A DNA stretch of 64,000 nt from Planctomycetota bacterium (GTDB lineage Bacteria > Planctomycetota > UBA8108 > UBA1146). Shown piece after piece: positions 35,701 through 44,439 of the stretch. Both the position numbers and the translations under genes were made by a program. Position 1 is the first letter of the stretch; each line of letters begins with the position of its first letter. The stretch lies in contig DUAN01000191.1 in the NCBI GenBank assembly GCA_012960845.1, positions 5,699-69,698 on the forward strand, read 5' to 3'. The notes below the pieces were generated by a model. That model saw only the letters and a program-made list of their open reading frames with translations. It ran no database searches and had not been told where the DNA came from.

Positions 35701-35808
35701 CGGTTCATCGATGGCAGACCGTTGATCGGCGAGCGCCCGGCACCGGTGAAAGGAACGCCTCTCGAAGTGCCGGAGCAGATCTGTAGGATTCCAATTCTCC
35801 CCATCCAC
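32749..35808 (-). CDS. Secreted purple-acid-phosphatase-like metallophosphoesterase (1019 aa) with C-terminal LamG-like region and the dockerin-like C-terminal module
   Basis: PAP N-terminal domain LVEPYLQSPTPSSMVIGWETAV...YYYRVISG. Metallophos motifs GDLVSTGSNHSHWQDHFF, ALGNHEAD, FAQFHHPHKSE, GHTHGYSRG. C-terminus VRSDSNGDGSIDISDAVGMLNFLFGGG...LDANDDGSGDISDPVFLLGFLFSGGATPPLPFPTCGEDPTADLLDCVGVLGCP. Confidence 0.8.
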   Translation of the reverse strand: MDGENWNPTDLLRHFERRSFHRCRALADQRSAIDEPGRARMRRTAQALSFVPSFEPSLALPLLLLLALSTPAQSQVGNLLVEPYLQSPTPSSMVIGWETAVSSQSLVEYGLTSALGQQSSGTSIASGGGAFIHHVELSGLTPDTRYYYRVISGSIISATHFFSTPPPLTDETPFRFIAYSDCQYGSNGIKHREVIDEGVISFCAQEYGLPLDRSLSFSLVPGDLVSTGSNHSHWQDHFFGQAKLLYRHVPLIPALGNHEADAQYYFDYLQLPTNGSAGYEEHWHYLDHRNVRVITLDTNPGYRIQEQLDWLALVLQDASIDDRIDFVFAQFHHPHKSEIWTPGETLFSSQMVSMVEQFSTMTGKPSIHFFGHTHGYSRGQSRDHSHTMVNVASAMGSLDYWGLYPNADYQEFEFSVPEWGFVLMDVEAGADPAFRLRRISRGNDYIFRDNEIIDDIYIQRYNTSPETPIPLSPGPGSGVIPGDGVILSASPYLDPDGHDHIESQWQVSLTSGDYNNPVVDQWRRFQNWYRTPAVDPGISIDTVVDPDMTHTCLDVALPGCTSVYWRVRYRDRSLGWSDWSVETTFQVGDSTAGASAPIPADGDLHVSSTPLLQWFPCDPADSYDVYLGSTATLGAGDFQGNQLATTFDPGLLDEMTSYFWRIDSHLGSQVTEGPTWSFTTDLNYPTQFTTEWRFDDGSPADDLALVAQLGSSVMTPRGMFHDVEWGTGISDGSEVPHIDQQPVDYLWLDNVFGSGRGLETYFNAPGNGGGGCCDAYHFTLIFDVFLDSSQTQLQALWQGNATNNNDAELFLRCSDGAFYNAGNGYVGAGSWNLGEWVRIAQRVDYQNNTSALFVNGIKVLGDDELVAPDWLYSQGSGLPVWMLSDNGPDSDVSLVRCANLAIVDARMGDAAIAALGGPDAAGIFVDDPIGQFVRSDSNGDGSIDISDAVGMLNFLFGGGSSGCVDALDANDDGSGDISDPVFLLGFLFSGGATPPLPFPTCGEDPTADLLDCVGVLGCP

Positions 35809-35944
35809 AGCGCCAGAGTCAACTGCTCAAATTGTGAGGGAATCCGGTCTCTTCCCTTCGATCCCGACATACTGGACAATCCGCCTCAGAGGTGACGAAT
35901 CCCACGGCATCGAGCCGAACGAACCGAACACGGAGGCCCCTTCG

Positions 35945-37177
35945 ATGACCACTCTCGAGATCCCGGAAGACGAATATGCACGACGCAGAGCCCGCGTTCT
36001 CACCGATCTTGCCGGGGCCACGGGCCTGCTCTTCGCCGGTTCAGGCGGTGGACTGGAGGAGGACTTTCGGCCCGATCTCAACTTCCAGTACCTGACTGGA
36101 ATCATCGACGAGCCGGGAGCGGTCCTGCTACTGGATCCCAGCGCAGTGCAAAGTTCTCGCCAGCAGATCCTGTTTCTCACTCCTCACCTGCCGGAAGTGG
36201 AACGCTGGGATGGTTGGCGCGGCCCGATCGACGCCGCCCTGAAACAGAAGTGCGGCTTCAAGACCGTCATACGCACCAGCCACTTCGCCGGCGCATTGTT
36301 GCAATCTTGCAAGCGATCGAAGAAGGCCGCGTGCCTCCACCCCCTCTCCAATCACGTCACCCCGATCGGCCCCGATCTGGAAGTGTTGCAGAAGTTGCAG
36401 CAGCGAATCCCGGGACTGGTGATCGACGACAGCAGTTTGATCGTTCCACGACTGCGGGCGGTGAAATCGGAACCCGAGCTGGCGATGATCCGTCGCTCCG
36501 CCGAGATCACCGAGGAGGGGTTCAGTTCCATCCTGTCGATGCTCAAACCGGGAGTCTCCGAGTTCGATGTTCAGGAGGCCGCAGAACATGGTTATCGGAG
36601 CCATGGATCGAGGGGACCCTTCTACGGCACCATCGTCGGGGCCGGATTCAACGGCACCATCCTTCATTACCGTGCCAACTCAAAAATCATCGGCGAGAAC
36701 GACCTGGTCGTCATCGATAGCGGAGCCCGCTACGGCAGTGGTGCCTGTGGATACGGTTCCGATGTCACCCGCACCTATCCAGCCAGTGGAGTCTTCACCG
36801 AACGGCAGAAGGAAATCTACCAGATCGTGCTCGACTCTCTCGAGACCACCATCGCTGCAGTCAAGGCAGGCGTGCAGTACTCCGAACTGGATGCGATCTC
36901 CAGAAAGATCATCACGGATGCTGGATACGGCGACTATTACCCCCACGGTGTCGGTCACCCGATCGGCCTCGAGGTCCATGATGTACAACCGGATCCGACT
37001 GCTCCCGAGGGTGCCGTGATCACCATCGAACCGGGGATCTATTTGCCCGATGAGAACTTCGGCGTTCGCATCGAGGACGACATCCTGGTCACCGCAGATG
37101 GACACGTGAATCTGACCGGCAACATCCCCAAGACCATCGATGAGATCGAATCCTCGATGGCGACTTATCAGACCTGA
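35945..37177 (+). CDS. Xaa-Pro aminopeptidase (M24B family)
   Basis: HGVGHPIGLEVHD signature and DSGARYGSGACGYGSDVTRTYP. The start is probably MTTLEIPEDEYARRRARV (35945), inside the longer track ORF. Confidence 0.8.
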   Translation: MTTLEIPEDEYARRRARVLTDLAGATGLLFAGSGGGLEEDFRPDLNFQYLTGIIDEPGAVLLLDPSAVQSSRQQILFLTPHLPEVERWDGWRGPIDAALKQKCGFKTVIRTSHFAGALLQSCKRSKKAACLHPLSNHVTPIGPDLEVLQKLQQRIPGLVIDDSSLIVPRLRAVKSEPELAMIRRSAEITEEGFSSILSMLKPGVSEFDVQEAAEHGYRSHGSRGPFYGTIVGAGFNGTILHYRANSKIIGENDLVVIDSGARYGSGACGYGSDVTRTYPASGVFTERQKEIYQIVLDSLETTIAAVKAGVQYSELDAISRKIITDAGYGDYYPHGVGHPIGLEVHDVQPDPTAPEGAVITIEPGIYLPDENFGVRIEDDILVTADGHVNLTGNIPKTIDEIESSMATYQT

Positions 37178-37181
37178 TCCG

Positions 37182-37739
37182 ATGGAAGAAGGAATCGCCT
37201 TGAATCGAACTGAAGCGAGGGAAATCCTCGACTCGATGATGGAATCTCCCGCTCTGCGAGCCCACGTGAGATCGGTCGAAATCGTCATGGAAGCCTACGC
37301 CGAAAAGTTCGGAGAGGACCCGGATCAGTGGGCCATCACCGGCCTGCTCCACGACGCCGATTACGAGAAGTATCCCGATCAACATCCACAGGTCATCACT
37401 GGCATCCTCGAAGAGCGAGGTGAGCAAAAGATTGCCCATGCGATCCATTGCCACTACACCCGGTGGGGCTACACCTGTGAGAACCTGCTCGACAAGGCGC
37501 TCCTCGCATCGGATGAACTGACCGGGCTGATCATCGCTGTCGCTCGTCTTCGCCCCAACAAACTGCAGGATTTGACTCCGAAATCGGTGAAGAAGAAGTT
37601 GAAGGACAAGAACTTCGCTGCAGGAGTCGACCGTGAAGAGGTGCGGATCGGCGTCGAATTGCTCGAACAAGAGTTGGACAACCACATCCGATTCATCATC
37701 GATGCTCTTCGGCCACATGAGAGCGAATTGATCGTTTGA
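37182..37739 (+). CDS. HD-domain phosphohydrolase
   Basis: LRAHVRSVEIVMEAYAEKFGEDPDQWAITGLLHDADYEKY...AHAIHCHY. The start at MEEGIALNR (37182) comes just after the upstream stop at 37177. Confidence 0.65.
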   Translation: MEEGIALNRTEAREILDSMMESPALRAHVRSVEIVMEAYAEKFGEDPDQWAITGLLHDADYEKYPDQHPQVITGILEERGEQKIAHAIHCHYTRWGYTCENLLDKALLASDELTGLIIAVARLRPNKLQDLTPKSVKKKLKDKNFAAGVDREEVRIGVELLEQELDNHIRFIIDALRPHESELIV

Positions 37740-37831
37740 TTGGCTTCCAGTCTCTTTCCTGGACGCTACTGGTCCGACAGAATGGGCGTGCGAGAAAAGG
37801 CTGCATCACCACTGGATAGGACTGGCTGCAA

Positions 37832-40669
37832 ATGGTTCGAATTGGCTCACTGGTTCCGCTGATCTGGATCACGCTGATCGGCACGCTGATCAGCACACTG
37901 ATGATCCACACAGCTGCCAACACACCAGCCAGCGCACTGGTGGCGGTTGCCGATGAACTGGCACCACCTACCGAAGAGACGTCGACACCTGGAGATTCCC
38001 GATCGGCTCCCGCCCCTCGCTGGTGTGACCTGCCGCTGGTTCGTCCTTCGATTCCGCAGGTTCAATCGACCACGCTGGCGATTCGCTCCGATCTCGATCG
38101 TATCTGGCTCCATCGGCTTCAGTCGATGGGACTGGAACCTGCTCCACCCGCTTCCGAGGTGGACCTGATTCGACGACTCCATTACACCCTGACCGGCCTG
38201 CCCCCTTCCCCCGAACAGGTAGAAAGCTATCTCGCCGATGACACCCCCGATCGGTGGCAGCGGTTGGTCGATCGACTGCTGCAAGATGAACAGTTCGGTG
38301 TCCACTGGGCGCGCCACTGGCTGGACCTGGTCCGCTGGGCAGAAACGGACAGTTATGAACGAGATCGTCTGAAACCAGGGGCGTGGAGATATCGCGACTG
38401 GGTCATCGACAGTTTCAATGCTGACATGCCCTACGACCAGTTCCTCACCATGCAGTTGGCCGGAGATGAACTGGATGATGAAACCATCGACCACCACATC
38501 GCCACCGGCTTCTTGCACCTGGGGATCCGCGATGACGAACCGGCAGATCCAGTGCAGGCGGTTTACGACGATTTCGATGGAATGCTCGATACCACGTGTC
38601 GAACGATGCTCGGAATCAGTATCGGTTGCGCACGCTGCCACGATCACAAGGGAGACCCGATCCCGACCCGCGATTACTACCGGCTGTTGACCTTCTTCGA
38701 GGGGCTCAAGCCGTACAAGAGTGGCGGTGGCAACGGAATCTCCACCAACAACTTCGTCCGTACCCTTCCGGTCGACCTGGGACGCTCGAATTACCAGGCC
38801 ACCGTGCAGCAGTGGAAGACCGAGCGAAGTGAGCGGCTGTCAGAGGTCAACAACCTGTTGACCGAGGTGAAGGAACGCTGGGGCGAAGATGTTCTGCAGC
38901 AAGCGCGGTCCTCACTGTGGCGAGGCCAGCTGCTGCACCTGCCCTTCTCCGGTGAAGAAAGTGCGTTGAAGGAAGATCGTGACAGTTCCCGCGGACCAGG
39001 ACGTCATGGGGAAGGATTGGTGCTCGACGAAAATGATCGACTTCTCATCGATCGCCCCGTTCAGGACGACTTCTCCATCTCCTTGTGGTTCCGTACCGAT
39101 CGTCAAGGCGCCGGAGGAAATACTGATCTCCGCTGGTTCCGCGGCACCGGGCTGGTCGACGGTGAAATCGGCGGAGTCGTCAACGACTTCGGAGTCTCAC
39201 TGGTGGGAGAGCATGTCTGTGTCGGCACCGGCAATCCTGAAGTCTTCATTCATGGGCCCCAGGGGATGGCCAACGGTCAGTGGCATCACGTGGTCTTTAC
39301 CCGCCACCGAAAGAGCGGAGAAATCGTTCTCTGGATCGACGGCAGCCGAGTCAGTTCGGGAAGCGGCGGAAAACAAGCACTCGACGCTCCCGAGCAACTC
39401 AGCATCGGCAGGATGTTGCCGGACCACCAAACACTGCAGGGATCGCTCGACGAGATCCGCTTCTGGGATCGAGTCCTCGATGCCAGTGAAGTGCTCGATC
39501 TTGCCATCGATGGAGGAGCCCTTCCCGCTCACCAGCAACTGGTGGAGGAGCGTCTCGGAACGGCGGAAGCGCTTCGCCTGAACGCTGCAGTCACGAGGCT
39601 CGGTCAACTCTCTCCCCCCACCCGAGAGGAAGTACAGGTACTCTCCGCTCAGGAGTTGCCGACCCCTGCCATGGGCCATGTTCGGGTTCGCGGCACCGCA
39701 TCGGTCAAGGGAGAAGCAGTGACTCCCGGATTCCCGCAAATTCTCGGCGGCCAGGAAGCCACCATCGTCCCCCCTTCGGATGGTCAGAGTTCAGGACGGC
39801 GACTGGCGCTGGCCAGCTGGATCACATCCCCTGACAACCCGAGAACTTCACGAGTCATCGCCAATCGCATCTGGCAGCATGTCTTCGGCCGGGCAATCGT
39901 CGAGTCTCCCAATGACTTCGGCAAACTGGGCCTGCTTCCCCATGACCAGCAATTGCTCGACCTGTTCGCCACGGAGATCGAAGCACAACAGTGGAGCATC
40001 AAGTCGGCCATCCGACTGCTGGTCTCCTCATCGATGTTCAGGATGTCGAATCAGTTCGACGAGGAATCGAACCGGGTGGATCCTGAAAACAACCACCTGT
40101 GGCGTTTTCGTAGCCGCCGTCTCTCCGCCGAAGAGGTTCGCGATTCGGTGTTGGCGGTCAACGGCTCACTCAATCGCTCCCTCGGGGGACCAGGTGTCTA
40201 CCCGCCGATGCCAAGCGAAGTGCTCGCCACCGCATCTCGCCCCGGCCAGGCGTGGGGCCGATCGAGTCCAGAAGATGCCGCTCGCAGGAGTCTCTTCATC
40301 CATGTGAAGCGATCACTCCTGCACCCCTTGTTACTGGCTTTTGACATGGCAGATACCGATTCACCCTGCCCGGTCAGGTTCAACACCATTCAACCAACCC
40401 AGGCGCTGACCCTGCTCAACAGTGATTTCATCGGCAAGCAAGCTCGCCTACTGGCTCAGAAGATGAGCCGCCGAGAAACAACACTGTCACGGCAAATCGA
40501 ACAGATCCTCTACCTCATCTCGCAGCACCCCCCGGATGCGCAACGAGTCGAGAGGAATCTGGCTTTCGTCGAGAGTTTGAAGACCGAACACCAACTCGAT
40601 GAGAACCAGGCGCTGGAAATCTTCTGCTTGATGGCATTCAACCTGAACGAGTTCATTCATATCGATTGA
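37832..40669 (+). CDS. PSCyt2 (DUF1549) / PSD1 (DUF1553) family protein with an inserted LamG/concanavalin-like domain (945 aa)
   Basis: DUF1549 block RRLHYTLTGLPPSPEQVESYLADDTPDRWQRLVDRLLQDEQFGVHWARHWLDLVRWAETDSYERD. PSD1 motif CARCHDHKGDPIPTRDYYRLLTFF. LamG-like insert ...DRPVQDDFSISLWFRTD...GQWHHVVFTR.... Confidence 0.85.
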   Translation: MVRIGSLVPLIWITLIGTLISTLMIHTAANTPASALVAVADELAPPTEETSTPGDSRSAPAPRWCDLPLVRPSIPQVQSTTLAIRSDLDRIWLHRLQSMGLEPAPPASEVDLIRRLHYTLTGLPPSPEQVESYLADDTPDRWQRLVDRLLQDEQFGVHWARHWLDLVRWAETDSYERDRLKPGAWRYRDWVIDSFNADMPYDQFLTMQLAGDELDDETIDHHIATGFLHLGIRDDEPADPVQAVYDDFDGMLDTTCRTMLGISIGCARCHDHKGDPIPTRDYYRLLTFFEGLKPYKSGGGNGISTNNFVRTLPVDLGRSNYQATVQQWKTERSERLSEVNNLLTEVKERWGEDVLQQARSSLWRGQLLHLPFSGEESALKEDRDSSRGPGRHGEGLVLDENDRLLIDRPVQDDFSISLWFRTDRQGAGGNTDLRWFRGTGLVDGEIGGVVNDFGVSLVGEHVCVGTGNPEVFIHGPQGMANGQWHHVVFTRHRKSGEIVLWIDGSRVSSGSGGKQALDAPEQLSIGRMLPDHQTLQGSLDEIRFWDRVLDASEVLDLAIDGGALPAHQQLVEERLGTAEALRLNAAVTRLGQLSPPTREEVQVLSAQELPTPAMGHVRVRGTASVKGEAVTPGFPQILGGQEATIVPPSDGQSSGRRLALASWITSPDNPRTSRVIANRIWQHVFGRAIVESPNDFGKLGLLPHDQQLLDLFATEIEAQQWSIKSAIRLLVSSSMFRMSNQFDEESNRVDPENNHLWRFRSRRLSAEEVRDSVLAVNGSLNRSLGGPGVYPPMPSEVLATASRPGQAWGRSSPEDAARRSLFIHVKRSLLHPLLLAFDMADTDSPCPVRFNTIQPTQALTLLNSDFIGKQARLLAQKMSRRETTLSRQIEQILYLISQHPPDAQRVERNLAFVESLKTEHQLDENQALEIFCLMAFNLNEFIHID

Positions 40670-42153
40670 TGGAGACCTACATGACCGACCAGCCACAAGC
40701 CAAGGGCCAATTTTGCGGCAGAACTCGCAGGGAATTCCTCTGGGAATCAGGGGCGGGATTCACATCTCTGGCTCTCGGAGGCTTGCTCGGTAACGGCTTC
40801 TTCGCTGGCCAGAGCCTCGCTGCAGATGGCTTGACTCAATTCAAGAGCCCACTGACTCCGCTGCCGGCGATGCTCGCCGCACGAGCAAAATCGGTGATCT
40901 TTCTCTTCATGTATGGCGGTCCCAGTCATATGGACACCTTTGATTACAAGCCTGCTCTTTACCCGCTCGATGGTAAGACCATCGATGTCACGACCTTTGG
41001 TCGAGGGGGTCATCGCAAACAGGGTCGAGTGGTCGGCCCGAAGTGGAACTTCAAGCAATACGGAGAATGTGGCAAGTATGTCAGTGATCTGTTTCCCAAT
41101 GTCGGCTCGATGGTCGATGACATCACTTTCCTCCACTCGATGACTGCCGATTCTCCATTGCACGGCTCTGCCATGCTGATGATGAACTCGGGAAAGTTAC
41201 TGAGTGGATCCCCCTGCCTCGGATCGTGGGTCAACTATGGCCTGGGCACCCTCAACGAGAATCTTCCCGGATTCGTGGTGATGCTCGATCAAACCGGCGG
41301 ACCCATCTCCGGGGCCAAGAACTGGTCGAGTGGCTACATGCCCGGCCAGTACCAGGGCACGGTGCTACGGTCGGAAGACCCTCCCATCCTCGATCTCCAG
41401 CCACCGCCAGCGCTGGGAGGTGGAATCCAGCGCTCGGTACTCGATCACCTCCGAACAGAGAACGCTGAACATGCCATCGAGCGACTGGGGAATCCCGATC
41501 TATCGGCGAGGATCGCCAGTTACGAACTCGCCTATCAGATGCAAAGTTCTGCGCCCGAAGCTGTTGATCTCGCAAAAGAAGATGAGGAAACCCACTCCCT
41601 CTATGGCATCGACCAGGCCAAGACCCAGGACTTTGGCAAGAAGTGCCTGATGGCGAGGCGATTGGTCGAAAGAGGCGTTCGCTTCGTCCAGATCTACTCG
41701 GGAGGCAATCACAACGACAACAACTGGGATGCCCACGGGGACCTGAAACTCAATCACGATAAACATGCCGGAGCGACCGACCTCCCCATCGCCGGGCTAC
41801 TGAAAGACCTCAAGAGAAGAGGGATGCTCGATGAGACTCTGGTGATCTGGGGTGGTGAATTTGGAAGACAACCCACGGCAGAGTATTCAGAGGGAACCGG
41901 ACGCGATCACAACGCGTATGGATTCACGATGTGGATGGCTGGCGGCGGAACCAAGGGCGGAACCAGTATCGGCCAGACCGATGAACTCGGATCCGCTGCA
42001 GTCGAGAGTCCTTTGCAGGTCAAGAATTTGCACGCCACAGCACTACATTTGATGGGGCTCGATCCAAATCGGCTCACCTATTTCCATGCCGGACTCGATC
42101 GAAAACTGGTCGGATTCGAAGATGAACAACCGATCTGGAATGCGATCTCCTGA
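40666..42153 (+). CDS. DUF1501 family protein (sulfatase-like fold), Tat-secreted
   Basis: Twin-arginine signal GRTRREFLWESGAGFTSLAL. FLFMYGGPSHMDTFDYKP. ATGA overlap with the upstream DUF1553 gene, which is the classic planctomycete pair. Confidence 0.85.
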   Translation: MMETYMTDQPQAKGQFCGRTRREFLWESGAGFTSLALGGLLGNGFFAGQSLAADGLTQFKSPLTPLPAMLAARAKSVIFLFMYGGPSHMDTFDYKPALYPLDGKTIDVTTFGRGGHRKQGRVVGPKWNFKQYGECGKYVSDLFPNVGSMVDDITFLHSMTADSPLHGSAMLMMNSGKLLSGSPCLGSWVNYGLGTLNENLPGFVVMLDQTGGPISGAKNWSSGYMPGQYQGTVLRSEDPPILDLQPPPALGGGIQRSVLDHLRTENAEHAIERLGNPDLSARIASYELAYQMQSSAPEAVDLAKEDEETHSLYGIDQAKTQDFGKKCLMARRLVERGVRFVQIYSGGNHNDNNWDAHGDLKLNHDKHAGATDLPIAGLLKDLKRRGMLDETLVIWGGEFGRQPTAEYSEGTGRDHNAYGFTMWMAGGGTKGGTSIGQTDELGSAAVESPLQVKNLHATALHLMGLDPNRLTYFHAGLDRKLVGFEDEQPIWNAIS

Positions 42154-42266
42154 GCAAAGGGAGTCATCTCCGCTTTGATGGTGATACAGGTCTGGACAGT
42201 CGGCGGGTGCTGTTGTAGCACTGTGAACGACAGTATCATTGCTGGTAAGGGCCGAAGGAGGTCAAC

Positions 42267-43244
42267 ATGCCAGTTTCAGATTCACGGTCATCTCTCCTGT
42301 TGCTGTGCGGTTGCTTGTTGCTGCTGTTCCTTACCCTCCCCACTTTCTGCCAGGCGCAATTCACTCCAACCCTGTCGACCACTCTCGATAATCTCGATTC
42401 AGGACAAGCGAGTGGATTCATCCAGGATGGGTTCTTCTTCGAGGGTCAAGAGGGACCCTCTTCGATGCTGATTCAATTCGACCGCGGCTCCTTCGACTTC
42501 TCCGGATATGCTCCAGGACAACTGGTGGGAAGTCTGGTCGTCGAGGTCTTCGTCAGTGTAATTTTCGTCACCATTTCAGGGGACATCATTGCGGATGTTC
42601 AGGTGACCTCGGTCGGTCCCGATACGATGCAGGCGATCGCAGTCATCACCGACATCACGGGAAATGTTTCGGCAGGTCTGTCGCTGCTGGGGATTGATCT
42701 CAACATCGGCGATACCGCATTCGATGTACTCTATACCGATCTTGCCGGAGACACCGGAGCCACCATGAATGTCACCGACGCAGGATCCCTGCCGCTGAGT
42801 GGCAATCTCGATTTTGACATTCCGCTGACCTGGGCAACTGCTCCGATTCTCACTCACTCCCCCTTCGGAGGAGATCTCGTCGTCGAAACGCTACTCACCT
42901 CGACGACTGGCATCGAGTCCTCCTTCAACGAGGTGTTCCCGCTCACTGGGGGTACCACTCCTGACCCGGATCTGTTTAACCGAGGAGATGCCAACCAGGA
43001 CGGTACTTTTGATATCAGCGATCCGATTACGATGCTCGGATTCTTGTTCAACAACCTCCCGGTTTCGTGCGTACTGGCCTCGGATGCCAATGACGATAAC
43101 AGGGTCGACATCGCGGATGCGGTCTTCTGCCTGAGCGGACTCTTCGGCAGCGGAGCTCAGCCTCCCGCTCCCCATGGTGCATGTGGCGAGGATCCGACTC
43201 CTGGATTACTGACCTGTCTCCAGCAAAACAACAACTGCCCCTGA
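42267..43244 (+). CDS. Small secreted protein (325 aa) with the dockerin-like C-terminal module; paralogue of the next gene
   Basis: Signal peptide LLLLCGCLLLLFLTLPTFCQAQF. GGAGG RBS. C-terminus NRGDANQDGTFDISDPITMLGFLFNN...SDANDDNRVDIADAVFCLSGLFGSGAQPPAPHGACGEDPTPGLLTCLQQNNNCP. Confidence 0.65.
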   Translation: MPVSDSRSSLLLLCGCLLLLFLTLPTFCQAQFTPTLSTTLDNLDSGQASGFIQDGFFFEGQEGPSSMLIQFDRGSFDFSGYAPGQLVGSLVVEVFVSVIFVTISGDIIADVQVTSVGPDTMQAIAVITDITGNVSAGLSLLGIDLNIGDTAFDVLYTDLAGDTGATMNVTDAGSLPLSGNLDFDIPLTWATAPILTHSPFGGDLVVETLLTSTTGIESSFNEVFPLTGGTTPDPDLFNRGDANQDGTFDISDPITMLGFLFNNLPVSCVLASDANDDNRVDIADAVFCLSGLFGSGAQPPAPHGACGEDPTPGLLTCLQQNNNCP

Positions 43245-43262
43245 TTCGTCGGGTATGAGGAG

Positions 43263-44231
43263 GTGAACATCGAACATTTTCGATCGGCCACAACAATTCT
43301 GGGCCGTGTGGTTCTGCTGGCATTGCTGGCGATAGCCACTCCCTGTTCAGCACAGTTCAACCCATCGGTGACCACCTCCTTCGACAACCTCCAGGCCGGC
43401 GCTGCGAGCAGCTTCAGTCAGACACTGCTGTTTCCCGAGGGAAGTGAGGGGCCATACAGTTTGCTGATTCAGTTCAATGAGGACACTTTTGATTTCTCCG
43501 GCTTCGTTCCCGGCCAACAGGTCGGCGGAGCGGTCATCGATATCTTCATACAAACCCCCGTCGTCACCGTCGCAGGGCAGATCATCGCAGAGGTGCAGAT
43601 CAACACCGTTGACCTCGAAACTCTCGAAGCAGTGGCGATGGTCACCGAGATCACCGGAAATGTAGCGGCGGGTCTCGCATTGCTCGGATTCCCCAACCCG
43701 ACCGGGCAGATCGCATTCAATGTCACTTACACGAAACTACCCGTTGTCGGAGCAACGATGAATATCGTCGATGCAGGCAGCCTACCTCTTTCTGGAATTC
43801 TAGATTTCGATGTTCCGTTGGTCTGGACCACCGAGCCACTGCTGAATCACTCGCCCGCAGGCGGAGTTCTGGTGGTAGAGACCACCATTACCTCCTCCTC
43901 TGGAGTAACCATGCAGTTCGAGGAGTTGTTCCCGTTGTCAGACCCCCTCGGTGCCCAGTTTCAGAGGGCCGATTGCAATGCCGATGGTTCCTTCAACATC
44001 GCCGATACCATCTTCACCCTTGCGTCATTATTCAGCGGTGGGTGGGCAGGAACCTGTACCGATGCCTGTGATTCCAATGATGACGGCAGCGTCAACATCG
44101 CCGATGCCGTCTTCTCACTGGCGGCCCTGTTCAATGGGGGCACCCTTCCAGCGGCTCCCAGTCCCGGCACCTGTGGCTGGGATGAGAACGACACCGATAC
44201 CCTCGATTGCGAGTCCTTCGGCTCGTGCTGA
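43263..44231 (+). CDS. Small secreted protein (322 aa) with the dockerin-like C-terminal module; tandem paralogue of 42267..43244
   Basis: The N-domain aligns with the upstream gene: QFNPSVTTSFDNLQAGAASSF...LLIQFNEDTFDFSGFVPGQQVGG against QFTPTLSTTLDNLDSGQASGF...MLIQFDRGSFDFSGYAPGQLVGS. C-terminus QRADCNADGSFNIADTIFTLASLFSGG...CDSNDDGSVNIADAVFSLAALFNGGTLPAAPSPGTCGWDENDTDTLDCESFGSC. GTG start. Confidence 0.65.
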   Translation: MNIEHFRSATTILGRVVLLALLAIATPCSAQFNPSVTTSFDNLQAGAASSFSQTLLFPEGSEGPYSLLIQFNEDTFDFSGFVPGQQVGGAVIDIFIQTPVVTVAGQIIAEVQINTVDLETLEAVAMVTEITGNVAAGLALLGFPNPTGQIAFNVTYTKLPVVGATMNIVDAGSLPLSGILDFDVPLVWTTEPLLNHSPAGGVLVVETTITSSSGVTMQFEELFPLSDPLGAQFQRADCNADGSFNIADTIFTLASLFSGGWAGTCTDACDSNDDGSVNIADAVFSLAALFNGGTLPAAPSPGTCGWDENDTDTLDCESFGSC

Positions 44232-44439
44232 TCAATACACTGGGCGACATTTCAATCGGATGATAGTTGAGACTGTTCGCCTTTGAATCTGACGCATTTC
44301 CATCGTCACCCGTTCCGCAGCGGCATCGAAGCCATCCGTTGGGTGCTCGATTCGCTCTCGCCAACGGCCTTCTACGGTTCGCTTCACTGCTGTTGAGAGA
44401 AAATGATGTTCGGAGAACCGTTGCTCAGAAAACGGGTAT

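Noticed and set aside
43263-43265. The GTG start of the 322-aa paralogue taken at face value.
   Set aside because: Accepted with reservation. The GAGGAG Shine-Dalgarno directly abuts the GTG with no spacing, and no in-frame ATG follows. The true start, a GTG or TTG a few codons downstream, is uncertain, but the CDS body and stop are secure.
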